Below, in pieces: positions 63,501-64,000 of a stretch of DNA of 64,000 nt; the first letter of the stretch is position 1, and each line of letters begins with the position of its first letter. The translations under genes were made by a program, and so were the position numbers. Below the pieces are notes generated by a model. It searched no databases and was not told the DNA's origin. It worked only from the letters and a program-made list of their open reading frames with translations. Source of the DNA: Auanema rhodensis (lineage: Eukaryota > Animalia > Nematoda); contig OZ059899.1 in NCBI GenBank assembly GCA_964057225.1, positions 20,522,001 through 20,586,000 on the forward strand, written 5' to 3'.

Positions 63501-64000
63501 CTTTTTTCAAGGCAAAGACGATGGACAATGTTATTCAACGAAAAAATTAATTCTGCAGGGTGAAAATCGAGGATATAAGTGTGAACTTATATCAGTTGAT
63601 ATCTCGGTGCATTTTTAAGCTAGCGCAAATCTGATAACACAGATCGACGCAGCTTGAAAATCCGCATCGAATGCACTATACAACATTGAGAAACGCTTAA
63701 TACAAAACTTAGTTATGATCGTTTGAAAAATGATGCATTAGTGTATGTTGAGTTTCCATGTACACTCAACATTGCTTCCAAAAACATTTTGACAAAAATT
63801 TTTCCAAAAAATTTCGAAAAAATTTCGCAAAAAGTAGATGTTTTTAGATTCCTTTTTTCAAGGCAAAGACGATGGACAATGTTATTCAACGAAAAAATTA
63901 TTTCTGCAGGGTGAAAATCGAGGATATAAGTGTGAACTTATATCAGTTGATATCTCGGTGCATTTTTAAGCTAGCGCAAATCTGATAACACAGATCGACG
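57599..64000. repeat. Subfamily domain 7: return of the domain-4 types, containing a duplication with 13-monomer period
   Basis: The N-E'-EK-L-EK series occurs at 57758 and again at 62320 (offset 4562 bp), with the same markers as the series beginning at 42683. Confidence 0.82.

Larger units (their letters stand above)
1..64000. repeat. Tandem satellite DNA array, 351-bp monomer, ~182 copies, head-to-tail, continuing past both window edges
   Basis: Anchors recur every 351 bp (226, 577, 928 ... 63723). Only 347-352 bp length variants occur, and copies differ by a few substitutions. No inversion or foreign insert: the net -34 bp over 181 intervals is accounted for by the listed indels. Confidence 0.99.

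Noticed and set aside
226-63914. Repeated 62-80-aa plus-strand ORF (MKNDALVYVEF...) as a tandem gene family
   Set aside because: It starts at TTG, has no recognisable domain, and has a K/F/I/N-rich composition dictated by the A/T tracts. Most variants are non-synonymous. It is broken by stops (e.g. units 9351, 9702, 11808, 14967, 23388, 33912, 34263, 38122) and frameshifts that spread as freely as other variants.
1-64000. CRISPR array or other repeat-spacer system
   Set aside because: There are no unique spacers; the entire 351 bp is repeated, and no cas or other genes are present.
1-64000. Pure assembly artefact, concatemer or rolling-circle product
   Set aside because: Variants are linked into heritable haplotypes with nested domain structure, which random sequencing error or amplification of a single template would not produce. 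Local mis-joins cannot be excluded without reads.

Overview
The whole 64-kb window is one uninterrupted head-to-tail satellite-DNA array of about 182 copies of a 351-bp, ~32% GC monomer, all in the same orientation. It contains no unique sequence, insertion, gene or RNA gene that I can support. The length budget closes exactly: from the TTGAAAA anchor at 226 to the one at 63723 is 181 x 351 - 34 bp. The -34 is fully explained by visible indels: 14 one-bp deletions in the (GAG/GAA)AAACG run, one more in the 35316 unit, two in the 57758 and 62320 units, eight 3-bp deletions and seven 1-bp T insertions. The ~200 ORFs in the track are an artefact of translating the monomer. The interesting structure is non-coding and lies at two scales. 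(1) The monomer is largely built from inverted repeats, including a ~67-nt multi-stem hairpin, next to an A/T-tract block; it is CpG-rich and may derive from a transposon end. (2) Monomer variants form subfamily domains with irregular higher-order repeats (6-, 5-, 8-, 10-12- and 13-monomer periods), a ~15-kb long-period echo, and short patch-like sequence exchanges between distant domains. The most likely source is eukaryotic (invertebrate-like) centromeric or pericentromeric heterochromatin, which is inference; I cannot name the species or the satellite family. I found no evidence of a novel protein-coding system. Monomers are labelled below by the coordinate of their TTGAAAA anchor (the ORF-track start).
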